DNA from: Callorhinchus milii
Taxonomy: Eukaryota
DNA length: 64,000 bases
Assembly (NCBI RefSeq): GCF_018977255.1
Contig: NW_024704755.1
Location: 15,314,001 to 15,378,000 of the forward strand
Reading direction: 5' to 3'
In this document: positions 11,325-24,329 of the stretch, piece by piece
Layout of the letters: the number at the start of each line of letters is the position of its first letter
How positions within the stretch are numbered: position 1 is the first letter of the stretch
The notes under the pieces: generated by a model
Told to the model about the DNA's origin: nothing
The model's database searches: none
The model's input: only the letters and a program-made list of their open reading frames with translations
Position numbers and translations under genes: made by a program

Positions 11325-12749
11325 CTTTGAGGGTTCAGGAAGTTGAGTGTGTGTTGCAAGGGCAATTTGTAAGCACACGTGATCCCTAAAGCTATGATGA
11401 GTGTAACCCAATGGATATTGACAGACAAACGTAGCAAAACATTCGGGGGCAGGGGAGTGTGGAGAGAAATAAACATGCATGGTCCAGGACACTGTGCTCA
11501 TCAAGATCTAAAATCCCATCTAGTCTTCGAGTGCCAGCACATTTTTAATGTGCATCAAGCAAAATTGTCAAAAGTTCTTAAAGTTAGCCTTAATTTGAAA
11601 GTCAGTTTTACACAGTAAAAACAAGTGAATATAGGTATTTTGCACAAATTAGTGTGACCATAAATACGAAGGGCTATTTATGGTCACACATGAAGAATGA
11701 TGTCCAATTTGAAGATCCTCTTGGACGTGATATTGGGGATAACCAGCAACAATGGCTAAAATCCCAGGATAAGGAGACTGTGGCCTAGGAGTGAAGGTGT
11801 ATGCCAATCATAAAACATAATTTAGAAACAAAAACTGTGTTTTGCCATCAAACATGGCAGCCAATTTTCGCACAGCAATGACGCATGAGCAGCCATGAAA
11901 ATAGTTGGGCGAGTGATTGAGAGAAAGAGAGATAGTGATTGAGGAGAGAGAGAAAGAGAGAGAATGTGAGCCTCCGTCGGCCATCGCATAGAGAAGAAGG
12001 ACAGACACCAAACCACGTGTCTGGCATTATCCTCACAGAAAGTTCCCTCTTTCCCCAGTGAGAAACTCCTCTATGTTCTTCATCCCCCCCCAATCCTACC
12101 TCTGCAGCCTACCCACCAGATGCTTCTGTTTGCAGTGCTCCCTATCCCTTCCACTCCATCTGCCGCAACATTGCCATTTGTCCCGGCTCTCAGGATCTCT
12201 ATTTCCGGAGTCCCTCCCCTCTTCCAAGGCATATCAAGAACTCTTGAACAGGGCTTTTGGTCATCGTTTCCCTCCCCATTCCTTCCCTTGGCTTCCTCCT
12301 CTGGCTGAGGTGCTGAGATGAATGTGTCAAGTGTATTCTGTGAAGCGCATTGAGACATCGGTGATATGACAAGGCACCATATCATTTGCAAAGATTATTA
12401 TTATCCATTGCTCAGCAGCCAAAAGGTTGCATTTGATGCAGCACTTTTTAAATCTTCTAGACATATTAAAGCACTTTAAAGAATATGCTGTAAAGTGAAT
12501 TGACTGTATATTTGTGGGCGAAATGAGTTCCAAGTCCCGACATGGGGCTTAAATCGACAAACCTCTGGCTGGGAAGTGAAAGTGTGACCAAATGAGCCAC
12601 AGCGCACTCATCTGATGTACTTGGATGTATTTTTAAAATGAATGGCTACATATCATAACAAATGCTCACTGAACAGATGCCATTCCAATACAGATAAAAG
12701 CTTAAATAAAAATTAAGCAAGCCACATTTTCTACACCATAACATTAGTT

Positions 12750-13900
12750 TGATGCCATATCATCGAACCAAACTCGAATGAAGAAAATAAGTGTAGTACC
12801 AACCGCTCTGGGCGGCAATAAAAATGGAAGCTCTTAAGGCACAATAGCGCTTGGTGGCAATGAGTCTTCTTTTGGCTAACAAATTCTTATGTTCTTATTT
12901 TCTTAAGTTGTTATTGAAGCGTATTAAAGGTAAATTGGATAATATATCTAAAATACAGCTCAACACAAAGATTGGATGCATTTAACAGATTTCCGCTTGT
13001 CCTAGACATTGCTTTCATCTGGTGCAATGACAATCAACGATTGACTCAATTACCACATTCAACTTCATTGAACTTTTTATTTATTGCAACTCAAAATGAT
13101 GAAATCAAAGCTTTTATGTTCAATTATAATGCACAATACAAAGAACTTCATTTGAGATTTTAGACAAGTGGTATTTCAAATATCATACAAAAATACAATA
13201 AAACCTTTATTCTTTGCAATATCCTCACCGTCATCCTTACTAAACACAAATAGCTCTATTTTAACACAATAAAATATGTAATTTATGAGACTTGGTGATC
13301 AAGTCTCGGCAGTTCACACATGACAGTGTGTGCAATGTAAAAATTTATTTGAGCCTTGGAGGAGAATGAAAACTTGACTCAATTTCCTGGTGCAAAATTT
13401 GAAAGGTTTGCCAACTTGGAAACAAATAGCAACAAATTGGATTGTTTTTTGAATTACGCTAAAACAGACAGACTTTTTATTTTTAAAGAGCTGAAAAATG
13501 TGAATTGTTTAGGCTGGTCCAGTGAAATAATACAAAAGCAATATAGATCGAAGAGTAGACGCCTTCTGGATCCTTTTGTGGACAAGGCTCTGTGGCTACT
13601 GGTACATAGATTTCTTAACACCATCACCAACATCATTTTCAGCAGCAGTTGGAAAAATCAAAACACGTTCTACATTTGATGTACAGCTGGACTCCAGGGT
13701 ATGTCCTGAAATTAAAAAACATTATATTTGATGCGTTTGGTTTATTTTATTATGTTAGTAAGTGTTGGTTTATTGGAGCCAAGTTGTCCAAGCTGATGTA
13801 TTTTATTTTGACGTGGGTCTACGAAGAAAATTTGGGAATTTACTCATATAAACAGGTGAAAAACAAATAAGAGGTGGTATTTGAAATACATTCCAACTCC
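12750..13900 (+). mobile_element. Probable decayed Tx1/L1-clade LINE ORF2 C-terminus
   Basis: ORFs 13356..13679 (..ALWLLVHRFLNT) and 13649..13870 (E..HL..LKNII..FGL..FIG) resemble the zf-RVT region of Tx1 elements. Recognised by motif only. Confidence 0.4.
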
Positions 13901-14791
13901 TAAATGGTATAAATCAAATGCACTCAAATATGTTTGATACAGAATACCAGTCCATAATTTACGATCTTCTGTTTCTTCCAGTCAGTGTAATTCCATCAGC
14001 ACAATTCAATCACTTCTAATCTTTTCTTCCTTACTTCATCTATAACAAAACAAGCAGTGCAAATGAGAATATCACCAATCCTTTGATTCTTTGATTAATT
14101 GTAATAATTACTGCTTTTCACCCAAACAAATTGATGTTTCAATCTGAAATGTTTACAACGAGACTGCAAACATAAAATGTTTAGTTTCATTCTACACGGT
14201 TGCTAAACTTATTCAGATAACATGATTTGCAGTTAGATTGCACCTTTCATGTTGGAAGGAGGTCTTAAATTGCTTGGCTCAGTTTGTTGGGCACCGGAGC
14301 TGGAGACGGAAGCCGAAATATTACATGTGACTGCCTGATATCATTTGTCTCTAAGACAATATCAATTTATTATAACACTGGATATATTTTCAACTTATCT
14401 TCAAGAATATTCAGCCTTAGGGAAGCAGAGCTTATGAATGACGACATTAACATGAATATGATAACCAAGTAACAGATATGGAAGTTATTACATGAATATG
14501 TTGTTCAATATTGTTACAGATAACTGGAGAGTTGGATGAGATATTTATATAACCACTGATTATTAGAGAATCCTCCAACAAAACAAAACGTAATTCCCAC
14601 ATTTTGAACTATATTGTCCCGGTTGCCAACAACAACAACAACTTGGATTTATATAGTGCCCTCCATGCCGGACGGCTTGTCAGCGAACAACATAAACTTG
14701 TTTCCTCTCATTGATAATGTTAAGGCTTACGCCATAAACACAATAATTGTAAACGAAAGACAATGTCATTTTGAAACAAAGAAAGCCTTAC

Positions 14792-17700
14792 CGTTCAAAT
14801 GGTTTGGCTCTAATGCAGTCAACAATGAAGATTGTCAACACTATCAGTAGGAAGAAACATAATATAAACCGAAAAACCATCACATCGTTGGACATTCCAC
14901 GGTAACCTAGAAAACAAATATCGCACTGTAAAATGTTTACATGAAATCTACTGAATAATTAGACTGTATTGGGAAAGTGCACATGTTCTTAGATAATTGA
15001 TATTGGAAGCTACAATGAGGTGGACGATTATTATAAACTGCGCATTCAATTGATCCACAGCAAACAGTCGTGAATATCAGCAGGCAGTTTTTTGAATTGA
15101 CTGTATATTTGTGGGAGAAACACGGCAGCCAATTGCGCACAGCAGTGTCCCACAAACAGTAGTGGATTGAAAATGACCAATTTATTATTGTTTTGTTTTG
15201 GAGGAATTATTATTAAGTGTGTGAAGTAGGGAAAGTTGCGCAAGGTTTCGCCCTGCCTGCAATTGAACCCAGGTGTCTCGCTTGCAAGGCGAGTGCTCTA
15301 ACCACTGAGCTATAACATCACTGTGTTTAGTGAAGTTATAGAGAAACAGTTATACATTATGCGTTAAAAGTTCCCCTGAGACTGTTTGCTCAGCTTCAAA
15401 CGTACCAAATATGACCCCTGTTCCGACCCGAGCCATTGAGAAGCGGTTACCATCGTAATCAAAAATTATAGCATAGGACATCTGCTATCATATCGAAAAT
15501 TCTTTAAAACTTCTCACAAACGCGTTTTATTTTATGTGCGGTGATTGTTGTTATAAAGGAAAAGCAGCAGAAGATTTGATCGAAAAAGTCCTCAGTAAAT
15601 GGAACGGATTGATGGACGAATATTATTTGTGTTTTATTTGTGAACATTCATCAATCCAAAAGTCCAATTTCTGATTTCAAACCTAATTGCGTGTGGAACC
15701 CGCAGCACTATTGCACTTTAGAAGTTAGTAAATGACAAAAAATAACATTTTGTAGGAGACATATTTAGAATTTAATAACAAAACAAGAACATCCCCAGGT
15801 TTGAGGTATTCTTCGATTCAAAGACTATATATCTTTAGTTGATTGTGTTATATATAGACATTTACACACATGTAGTTTACAGCGAGAAACTTGTATGATT
15901 ATCAATTGCAGCGTAAATAAATGTAAATACAATTTCCAGTAACAAGGTGTTTAACAACAAAAGACAGAAAGACAAGATGTTTCCTGCCATACAATCCCGT
16001 GTCGGGTTTACAAACTGTGTCGCTGCGACTCCGGGAGTCCGGAGGTGCCGTGAGATGTCAGACAGCAATAACCAGCCCCGCGCTGTCCCGGCGGTATCTC
16101 TTCTCTGTGGCTACAGAGCTCGAAACTTCATAAAGTCCCTTTGAATTATTTCTTTATTACAATTTATCCCCGTTTTAACTTCACTGCCATCTTTATTCCA
16201 AGTGAGTTTGATATCTCCGGGTACAACCCACCCATATCACTCACAAAGTGTTCACGTCTTCTACTTGGAATAATGCGTTCAGTTTAGAGCAGTAAACAGT
16301 TCAGAGATAAACAGTTTAGAGATAAACAGTTTAGAGATATACCAGCCCGGGGGGATGGGTGGGGAGGGGGGGTGTTAAATTAGTGCAGGACACGTCCTTC
16401 TAGAAGAGGAATCAAAAATAAGGCAACATAATCTTAACATTGTGGCTGAACCCCTCAGAAGTGATGTGGGACGTTTCTCTTCAGATGGAATTTTGGAATT
16501 CACTCAAATCAATAGCCATAGATGCAGATTCAAACGGGATATTTAAAAGCAACATCGATAATAGTTTTAAGGGATATGGAAATTGGATTTAAAATTCTGC
16601 CGCCATTCCAGAGCAACAACAACCTGGATTTTTCTAGCGTCCTTCACCAGGAGATTGTTCCGAAGAAGACAGGAGATTTCACTATAATTAGAGATATAAG
16701 CAGAACTTCGCCGTTCACACCACAATTGCGCAAACAGTGGAGGTTTGATTGACCAAACTACTATGATTATTATTTTTAAAAAAATATTTTAAAGGGATTA
16801 TTAACCCCGGAAAAGCGATCCGCGAATCGACGGACAACTGGGTTCCTACTTACTGCTGGTAAACAGATGCCAAACATTTCGCCCTGACCGGGAATCGAAC
16901 CCAGGTCCCCTCGCATTGCATTGGATTGTCTATGACCTGGGACATTCGGAAAAAATGCGATCAAGATAGAAAAAAAAATTGGATATAGTAAACATTCTGG
17001 TTACGACGCTAAGGAGGGATATAAATGTTTGAAAGCATTGTAAGCTTTAGACATTTATGTATATAATTGATGAATACTGTTTTAATGTAAGTATTAAGCA
17101 CAGTTACCGGTTTAAATATTATAAATATTCTCAATCTGTGCATTTATTGAAAGCAGAATGAAAATTACAAGGAGATCAGAACTGAAAGCACTTTGATATT
17201 TTGTAGCTTAAGATAGGTGTAGCTAATGACATCTGATCACATTTATTGTTATGATTACTGTTGATTTTAATACACGGACGAAGGTGACACACGGGAAACC
17301 AAAACGGACACCTGATATTCAGAGGAAACCCACAAAATAAAATCCATAATTTGTAGAGTAAGGCTGTACCTATTGACTTCTGATCGCAGCGATAAAACAT
17401 GAAACATGCTATTAATAAATGGAAGGAACATTATGGGATGGAAAGACATTTTGTGATCAAATGTGTTGTGCTGAAACCAATGTTTTAAAAAGTGATGCGG
17501 GTTTAGGATACTAATATGCACATAGATAACAGCGGTTAAGTTTAACAAAATGTTTGATGATTCACAACAAATATTTCACAATCAAACAGTGGAATGCATT
17601 TGATCACCATCATGCACAATACTGTTGCCTCCTATTAACTCAGGCATTGCTTCCTATCCACTCAGGTCCCCCAGGACAACAGTCACATTCCATCCCTCAA

Positions 17701-19522
17701 GCCATAGGTAGTTGCTGCTGAACAATGTATGCTCCTCAGGGCTCTATCCTCGGTCCTATGCTCCTCACTATCTATATGCTCCATCCTGGAGACATCACCG
17801 TAGACATATATTGCACGTTCACATGTACGACAATGAAACTCAACACTCCCATCTTCCTCCACACTCGTCATCAAGCGATTGATGAGCTCTGACATTTGTC
17901 AGCTGAATAATAATAATAATCCATGCATTTTATATAGCAACTTATATATCGAATGCAAGGATTAATATTATTATTATTATCTCGCTATTGTCGTCTCAAA
18001 TCGCTTCAGATGATTTACTTTATAAATCCATGCAACTAAACATCCCTATGAAAATTCAGTTAACAACAGTTGACTTTTTAAAAATCTTTTAGCATCTTAC
18101 CTGCTTTAGGTTTTGGGAAAGCATAGGTGGCAATAGCTGAATTCTCGAGGCTGATGTGAGATACCAGACAGGTATAAACAGACCCTATCTGGCCAGGCTG
18201 TGTGACTTCAATAGAGCTTGAGGCCTTCTAGAGATCCTCCGAATTCTGCTTCTCAGTGGAACGTGTCTCTTCCAGCTTTATTCCTGGTGTTGGCACAATT
18301 TAGGTGCCATTTTCATACCAAATGAGGGTGACTTCCTTTGGGTGAAACAAGGCAGTTTCACACACAAGAGTCTGAGGTTTAGCTGAATTCCTAGAGAAAA
18401 TCTTCAGTGGAGTTGGGGGAGCTGCAGAACAGATAAGTGTTAATTTTGATCAATCGGCGGGACAAGCTTTATTTTGATTTGTATCTGATATATTTCTTTC
18501 TTTGCAAGCTTTGCTTAGATACACAAATATGCCTCTCATAGCCTTTCTCTGGCTTTAATTACTTTGCAGTTTTATCAAGTAATATTTATTCATAACGTTT
18601 ATATTGCATATTATTACTGACTTTGATGATTGGTAGGCAGAAATGATCACTTAGAAATGTCTCTTCAATATGTTGATCTCACAAACAGAGGAGATAGAGG
18701 ATTCCTGGCAGAGGTGTACACACTGTGTTAGTCTGACTATACTGATAGTATTTTCGCCTCTGAGTTAGAATTTCGTTATGTTGATCGCAGCCGACCGATG
18801 GTGATAAAATAATTGTTGCAATTGAATATAGTGCCTTATCACGTCTTCGAAATGTCTCAAAGCACTTTAAAAACTAGAATGTGAAAGTTATAATGGACAA
18901 ACAATATAAATGACAATATAGCATTCACTGCAGTTACTACTTCTTATGTAATTTCTAAATTCCAATTTCATTCTTCATTCACACTCACCGCGCACAGTTA
19001 ATCGTGATCCAGATCCTGTTCTAATTATTGATCCCTGACGGACCACTACACAGCGATAGACTCCAGAGTCCTGTAAATTCACATTCATGAACTGGAGAAA
19101 ACCACTTCCTTTAGTTTTCAAGCCAAATTGTTTCCTGCGATCCTCCTTTGTATCCAAATACCCGCTCTCACCCTCCTTATCCCATTGCACCTCCACTTCT
19201 GAACCATCTTGTGAGAAAGGAAAGATACAGTGGAAGGTAACGTTTGTCCCTCTGATGGCAGCCACACTTTCAGGGATTTGAGTCACTTTCACTGAAGAAT
19301 CGCCATCAACTGTCAGAAAATAAAGTGAAACACTGATTTCTCAGATGGTGAGCCATGGAGGAAACAAATGAGTAAGAGAGAAAATAACTTAAGTATATAT
19401 AATAAATGTCAAAAGAAAAGTAGTTTGCACACATTTCATAGAATAATTGAATTATTGAATGAACATAAACCTGTTGAAATAATATGTAAGGCCGACAGGT
19501 ACAGAAAGACAACACTCTCCAT
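14792..19522 (-). CDS. Gene B: chimeric paralogue; either a C1-skipping activating receptor (leader-V-TM with Arg) or a pseudogene
   Basis: Intact leader 19522-19471 (MESVVFLYLSALHIIST) and intact V 19309-18989. Intact TM exon 14906-14792 (tag/gtaag; GYRGMSNDVMVFRFILCFFLLIVLTIFIVDCIRAKPFE) with Arg codon at 14871-14869. Both intervening C1 exons are disabled. A possible terminal mini-exon at 14523-14514 (R-Y-L-stop) is speculative. Confidence 0.55.
15985..16275 (-). pseudogene. Decayed D-type C1 exon inside gene B
   Basis: Aligns to gene D C1 (LTWNKDGSEVKTG..GLYEVSSS). It is frameshifted, the first Cys is TGT>AGT, the GT donor is lost (GGCAG|GAAAC), and the 5' end is replaced by a 15-bp tandem repeat. 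Confidence 0.8.
16285..16340 (+). repeat. Short tandem repeat (AAACAGTTTAGAGAT, about 3 copies)
   Basis: Directly visible; occupies the place of the 5' end of the D-type C1 relic. Confidence 0.8.
18101..18421 (-). pseudogene. A-type C1 pseudo-exon of gene B
   Basis: Colinear with the C1 exons of A and C, but has in-frame TAA (18302-18300) and TAG (18230-18228). A 12-nt pyrimidine-rich stretch upstream of its acceptor in A (GATTCTCCTCCA) is missing. Confidence 0.85.
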
Positions 19523-19597
19523 GTCTGACTCTGGCTCTGATGGTCCGTAACAAGTGAACGTGGATTGTTTGATACAGAGTAGGTTGTTGTGACACTG

Positions 19598-19639
19598 ACT
19601 TCCTGTTTCTTTGGGTTCGTGAAATGTATCTGGTGTGGT
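19598..19639 (-). promoter_or_regulatory. Putative proximal promoter of gene B
   Basis: ACAGGAAGT at 19606-19598; TGTGGT at 19634-19639. Confidence 0.5.
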
Positions 19640-21767
19640 GGGTGCAGTTTGAAATCACATTTCCACAGTAAAATTGTGAAAGAATAACCCATCCTATTAA
19701 GAGCATTAAAAAGCTAAGTGTATATAAACTTAAAAACCACAGTTTAGCATCATTAATAGTTTATGGTGCTTTCTCCAACTGTAAATGTTGGTTTGAGCAT
19801 CAACTCGTGGAACCAGTTGTGTCAGAAACATTTCAATCTGATGAAAAATTTCTTCTCGTACTTTTATCCAGCTGTCCCCTATTTATAGAAACTAAACTTT
19901 CCCTCTCTTCTGGCATAGTGCTCCGCTTTAAAACCATTGTAATTACTCCATCAAAAAGAATATCCCCGTCCCTCTAAACTATCCAATTATTGGCCCATCT
20001 CCAACTTGCCCTTGGTAGCCAAAGTTCGGTCACTCAACTTTGCTCCCACCTTTTTCTCCACTCGGTGCTAGAAATCTTCCTCCTTGTCTTCTCCTGTGGC
20101 TTACTGCACCCACTGTGTGTCGCTATCAGTGGCCGAACCATCAGTTCTTTGCCCACAAAATAAACACAGTCGCACCATTTCACAATATATCCTGCAAAAT
20201 TCTTTTGAAACATTTCAACACATGATAAGGTGATACATCAATCAAGGATTGTACTGTAATTATTATTAGATTCCTACGCCCTATCTTTTGCAAATCCCTC
20301 CATCTTGCACTTTGTTTCACTGTTTCCCAATCTGTCTTTGTCCTGATTCATTTCCTACCTCTTCAAACATGTCTATGTCCACCTCTCTCCCCGCTGCCTT
20401 TCCCTTGCTCAGTGTCCAACCCAAACACTTTGAAGCCCACCAAGATTATACACTATGAGAACGCTGCTATAGAGTAATAATAATCCTTGTGCCTTATCAC
20501 GTCTTCAAAACGTATCAAAGCACTTCACAGAATATACTGTAAAGTGAGTCGAATTGATGCTGTACAAATGTGAATTGTTGCTGTTGATAAGTAACAAATA
20601 ATCTGATCAATGCAGGAAAGTTTCTTACACAAATCTATGCAAATTATATATTGTAGGGACATAATGGTGATCTGTCATGTGGCGAAGCAGACTACATCAT
20701 ATTTATACTGTGAAAAGCTGTAATCTACACTTTTGTTTCCCTCGTTCACCTGTTGCACCTTTGTTTGACTCGCTCAGGATTTCTGCGTGTACCCGATGCC
20801 TCTGCTGCACCTTCAAGCTACTCCTGCCTTAATCCTTGTACCACACATTCGTTTTAAGTGTCTTTAAATCAGACTTGAAGATTTTCCACTTTGCCTGTGC
20901 ATATGGTCAATTTGCCAAGCAGACACTTTCACCCACAAATCGCACACCACTTCATGTAGTAAGAATACATATTTCTTGTTACATAAACAATGAAATATTG
21001 TGCACTGTTGGTACAGCCACTTTATACATTAAGCACAGCCTAATTGATGGAAAAGTTAATAACCCGTGGTCTATATAGAATGTAAGCGAGAGGAACTCTT
21101 GTAATGGAATTCTCCTCTGACATTTACATATATAGCAGAACGATTGGTGTTTTAATACTTAATTGTTTCATGTTAGGTATATTTTTTAGCTTTTACGTGA
21201 AAATTTCAATACCACACTTTAAATTTTTCACTGCGTATGAATTGTGCCACATTTTGTTGGCCTGCTTTTAAGTTAGCCCGTACCAAGTGTTGTTTCATTT
21301 ATACTGAAGGAACAGAGCATCAAACTTGTCAATATGAGCTAGTCTGATTCACTGTACATGTTATCAGGCATAACCTCACGGGAATTTTGATTGCACAGAA
21401 TCCTCAGTCTCAAATGTGGATGATGCTCGTAGATAGTGTTCGGCAGCATTCAGCCGAAGCAAAATATATGTATGTTTTGGAGGGTTAGACATTAAATCCT
21501 AGAAGTTCCACACAAAATATTCAACAGGCTACGTTTCATGAATTGTGCACAACCTTGATGTTGCTATTAGTAGTGGGAATGATCATTGTAATGGAGCCCT
21601 GGGTTGAGCAACAGACCACACACTTGGCATTTAAGGCTGATCAATGATGAGCGCGTGAGAACCCGAGATTGTTCAATTGGAGAGAAGAAGAAGAAAGGGT
21701 CATTTTCTTGGTGTTCTCTGAATACAAAGAGTATAAATAAACTGTCCTCAAATAATATGTTTAATGA

Positions 21768-22019
21768 AGAGAAGGGAATGATGCAGATGAGGGAGGTGAC
21801 ATTTGTCTCTATGATGGCAACACACATTCGGGGATTAATGTTACTTTGACTGAAAAATCATCAGTAACTATCAGAAACAAAAACAAGGACATATTGGTGC
21901 AGTAGAATAACATCCCCCTCCCATGATTTTGACCCTGGTGATCTGTAACAAGCTGATCTGCAACAAGGTTGCACAAATATTTTGCCCCAAAAATGCTTCT
22001 GTGTCATTTGACTTCCTGT
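21768..22019 (-). pseudogene. Pseudogene G2: old leader/V relic, paralogue of G1
   Basis: From 21867: VTDDFSVKVTLIPECVAIIETNVTSLICIIPFS, compared with VDGDSSVKVTQIPESVAAIRGTNVTFHCIFPFS in gene B. ACTTCCTGT at 22011-22019. Confidence 0.65.
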
Positions 22020-24329
22020 CTTTGAGGGTTCAAGAAATTTGCTTGTGTTATGAGTGCGATTTGTAAGAACACGTGATCCCTGAAGTTATGATGAGTTTAA
22101 ACCAGTGCATGTTGACAGACAAATGCACTAAAATATCCTTGGGCAGTGGGGGAGAAAAATAAACATACGTTGTCCAGGATACTGTGCTGATCAAGACCTA
22201 AAGTCACATTTTTAATGTAGATCAAGCAAAATTGTGAAAGGTTCTTAAAGTTAATCGAAATTTGAAAGTCTGTTTTACACAGTAAAACGACTGAATATAG
22301 GCATTTTGCGTGACCATAAATATGAAGACATGGTCACATTCAGCAATCAATCACTTTGCTCAATTATATCCCAACAAAATAAGAGTTCCTTGAAGGGAAG
22401 CAGCCTAATAATAAACCCTCCAAAACCAAAAACAATAATAAATTGGTCATTTTCAATCTACGACTGTTTGTGGGACATTGCTGTGTGCAATTGGATGCCG
22501 CGTTCGCCCACAAACATACAGTCAATTCACTTTACAGTGTCTTCTGTGAAGCGCTTTGGGACGTCCTCCCGACGTGAAAAGCGCTATATCAAATGCAAGG
22601 ATTATTATTATTATATTATTATTATTATAATGACTAATTTCAGACAAGATGGCATCCTCATTGATGAGAGCTGAGCCATGGGGTATGCATTAATGACAGT
22701 GAAGGATTTTAACCAGCTAACACTATATTCTGTACCATTGAAAACACTGTTGGGAAGATACATGTTGCTTGTCTCGTAAGGAACATCCTATCACTTAGGG
22801 ATTTGTCTTGCAGGAATAAACGGTAGTCAATAGGAAGGATCCCTGTCACCAGACTGACCTTCCAAATCCCGCTCCGAGATGACAAAATTGGTCATAGAGA
22901 CCTGATGGGATATTTGGCCTCTGATGGCTACATAAATGTGTTTTTTTGGCAAGAGTCACTGGGTAATGATGAAGAGAAGGCGCCCTGGCTTATTATCCCC
23001 TCACTATCCCATGGTGGTGAAGACCAAATCTAGTGCTCCAACTGGTGCCCAGTTGAAACCAAAGGAACACAACTGCAGGATTACCTATTTTGGGTAAATT
23101 CACCAAATATTTTAGAAATTAATGGATTTTTCAATTGATGGGCGTACTTTGAATTCAATTGATCTGTAATTATTGTCCTCTTGGGCGGGGTAAGCACTGT
23201 GTTCTTTGAGCTGAACTAGCTCCAAATGTATATACACAGTCAATTCATTTACATTCTGTGAAAGGCTTTGAGAAATCTGGAAGAAGTGAGAAGTGCTATA
23301 TCAAATGAAAGGATTATTATTATTTATTACTAACATCTGGCTTCCTACCCACTTCTAGGTAAACAGATACCAAGCATTTCGCCCTGCCCGGAAATTGAAC
23401 CCAGGTCCCCTAGCATTGATTTGGATTGTCAGTGACATGGGACAATTGCAATAAATGCGTTCAGGAAAGAATTAAATATTAGATAGTGATATTGCACAAT
23501 AACTGGTTTAAATATTATATCTATTCTCAATCTGTGTATTTATTGAAATCAGATTGAACATTACAAGGAGATCAGAACTGAAAACACTTTGATATTTTGT
23601 AGATTAAGATAGGTGTAGCTAATGATATCTGATCACTTTTATTTTTATGATTGTTCTTGATTTTAATACACAGGCGAAGGTGACACATGGGATACCAAAA
23701 CAGACAACTGATATTCAGAGGAACCCCCACAGAATACAATCCATAAATTGTACAGTAAGATGGCTGCACCTATTGACATCTGATCGCAGCGATGAATCAT
23801 ACTCACTTGCTATTAATAAAAGGAGGGAACATTATGGGATGGAAAGTCATTTTGTGATCAAGTGTATTGTGCTAACACCAAGATTTTTGAAAATGATGTG
23901 GGTTTAGGACGCTAATATGCACATAGACAATATAGGTTAGATTTAACAAAATGTTTGATGATTCACATCAAATGTTTCACTTTCAAACAGTATAATGCAT
24001 TTTATCACCATCATGCCCAACTCGCTTACCACCATTCATAATCCCGTTGCCTCCTATTAACTCTGGCATTGCTTTCTATCCCCTCCGGTCACCCAGGACA
24101 ACAGTCACATTTCATTCCTCAAGTCACAGGTAGGTACTGCCGAACATTGGATGTTTGTCAGGGCTCTATTCTCGGGCCTCTGGTCTTCACTATCTATATG
24201 CTCCCACTTGGCGACATCAGCTTAGAATGTCTACATGTAAAATGATGAAACCAAACTCTCCCAGCACCTTGTGACGTCCTTCTGACGTGAAAGGTGCTAT
24301 ACAAATGTAATTTGTATTTGTTTTTGTTC

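Larger units (their letters stand above)
17100..22320. repeat. Segmental duplicate of 3960-8520 plus 10680-11640 (gene B 5' half and upstream vs gene A)
   Basis: Colinear intron, promoter and G1/G2 relic sequences. Confidence 0.9.
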
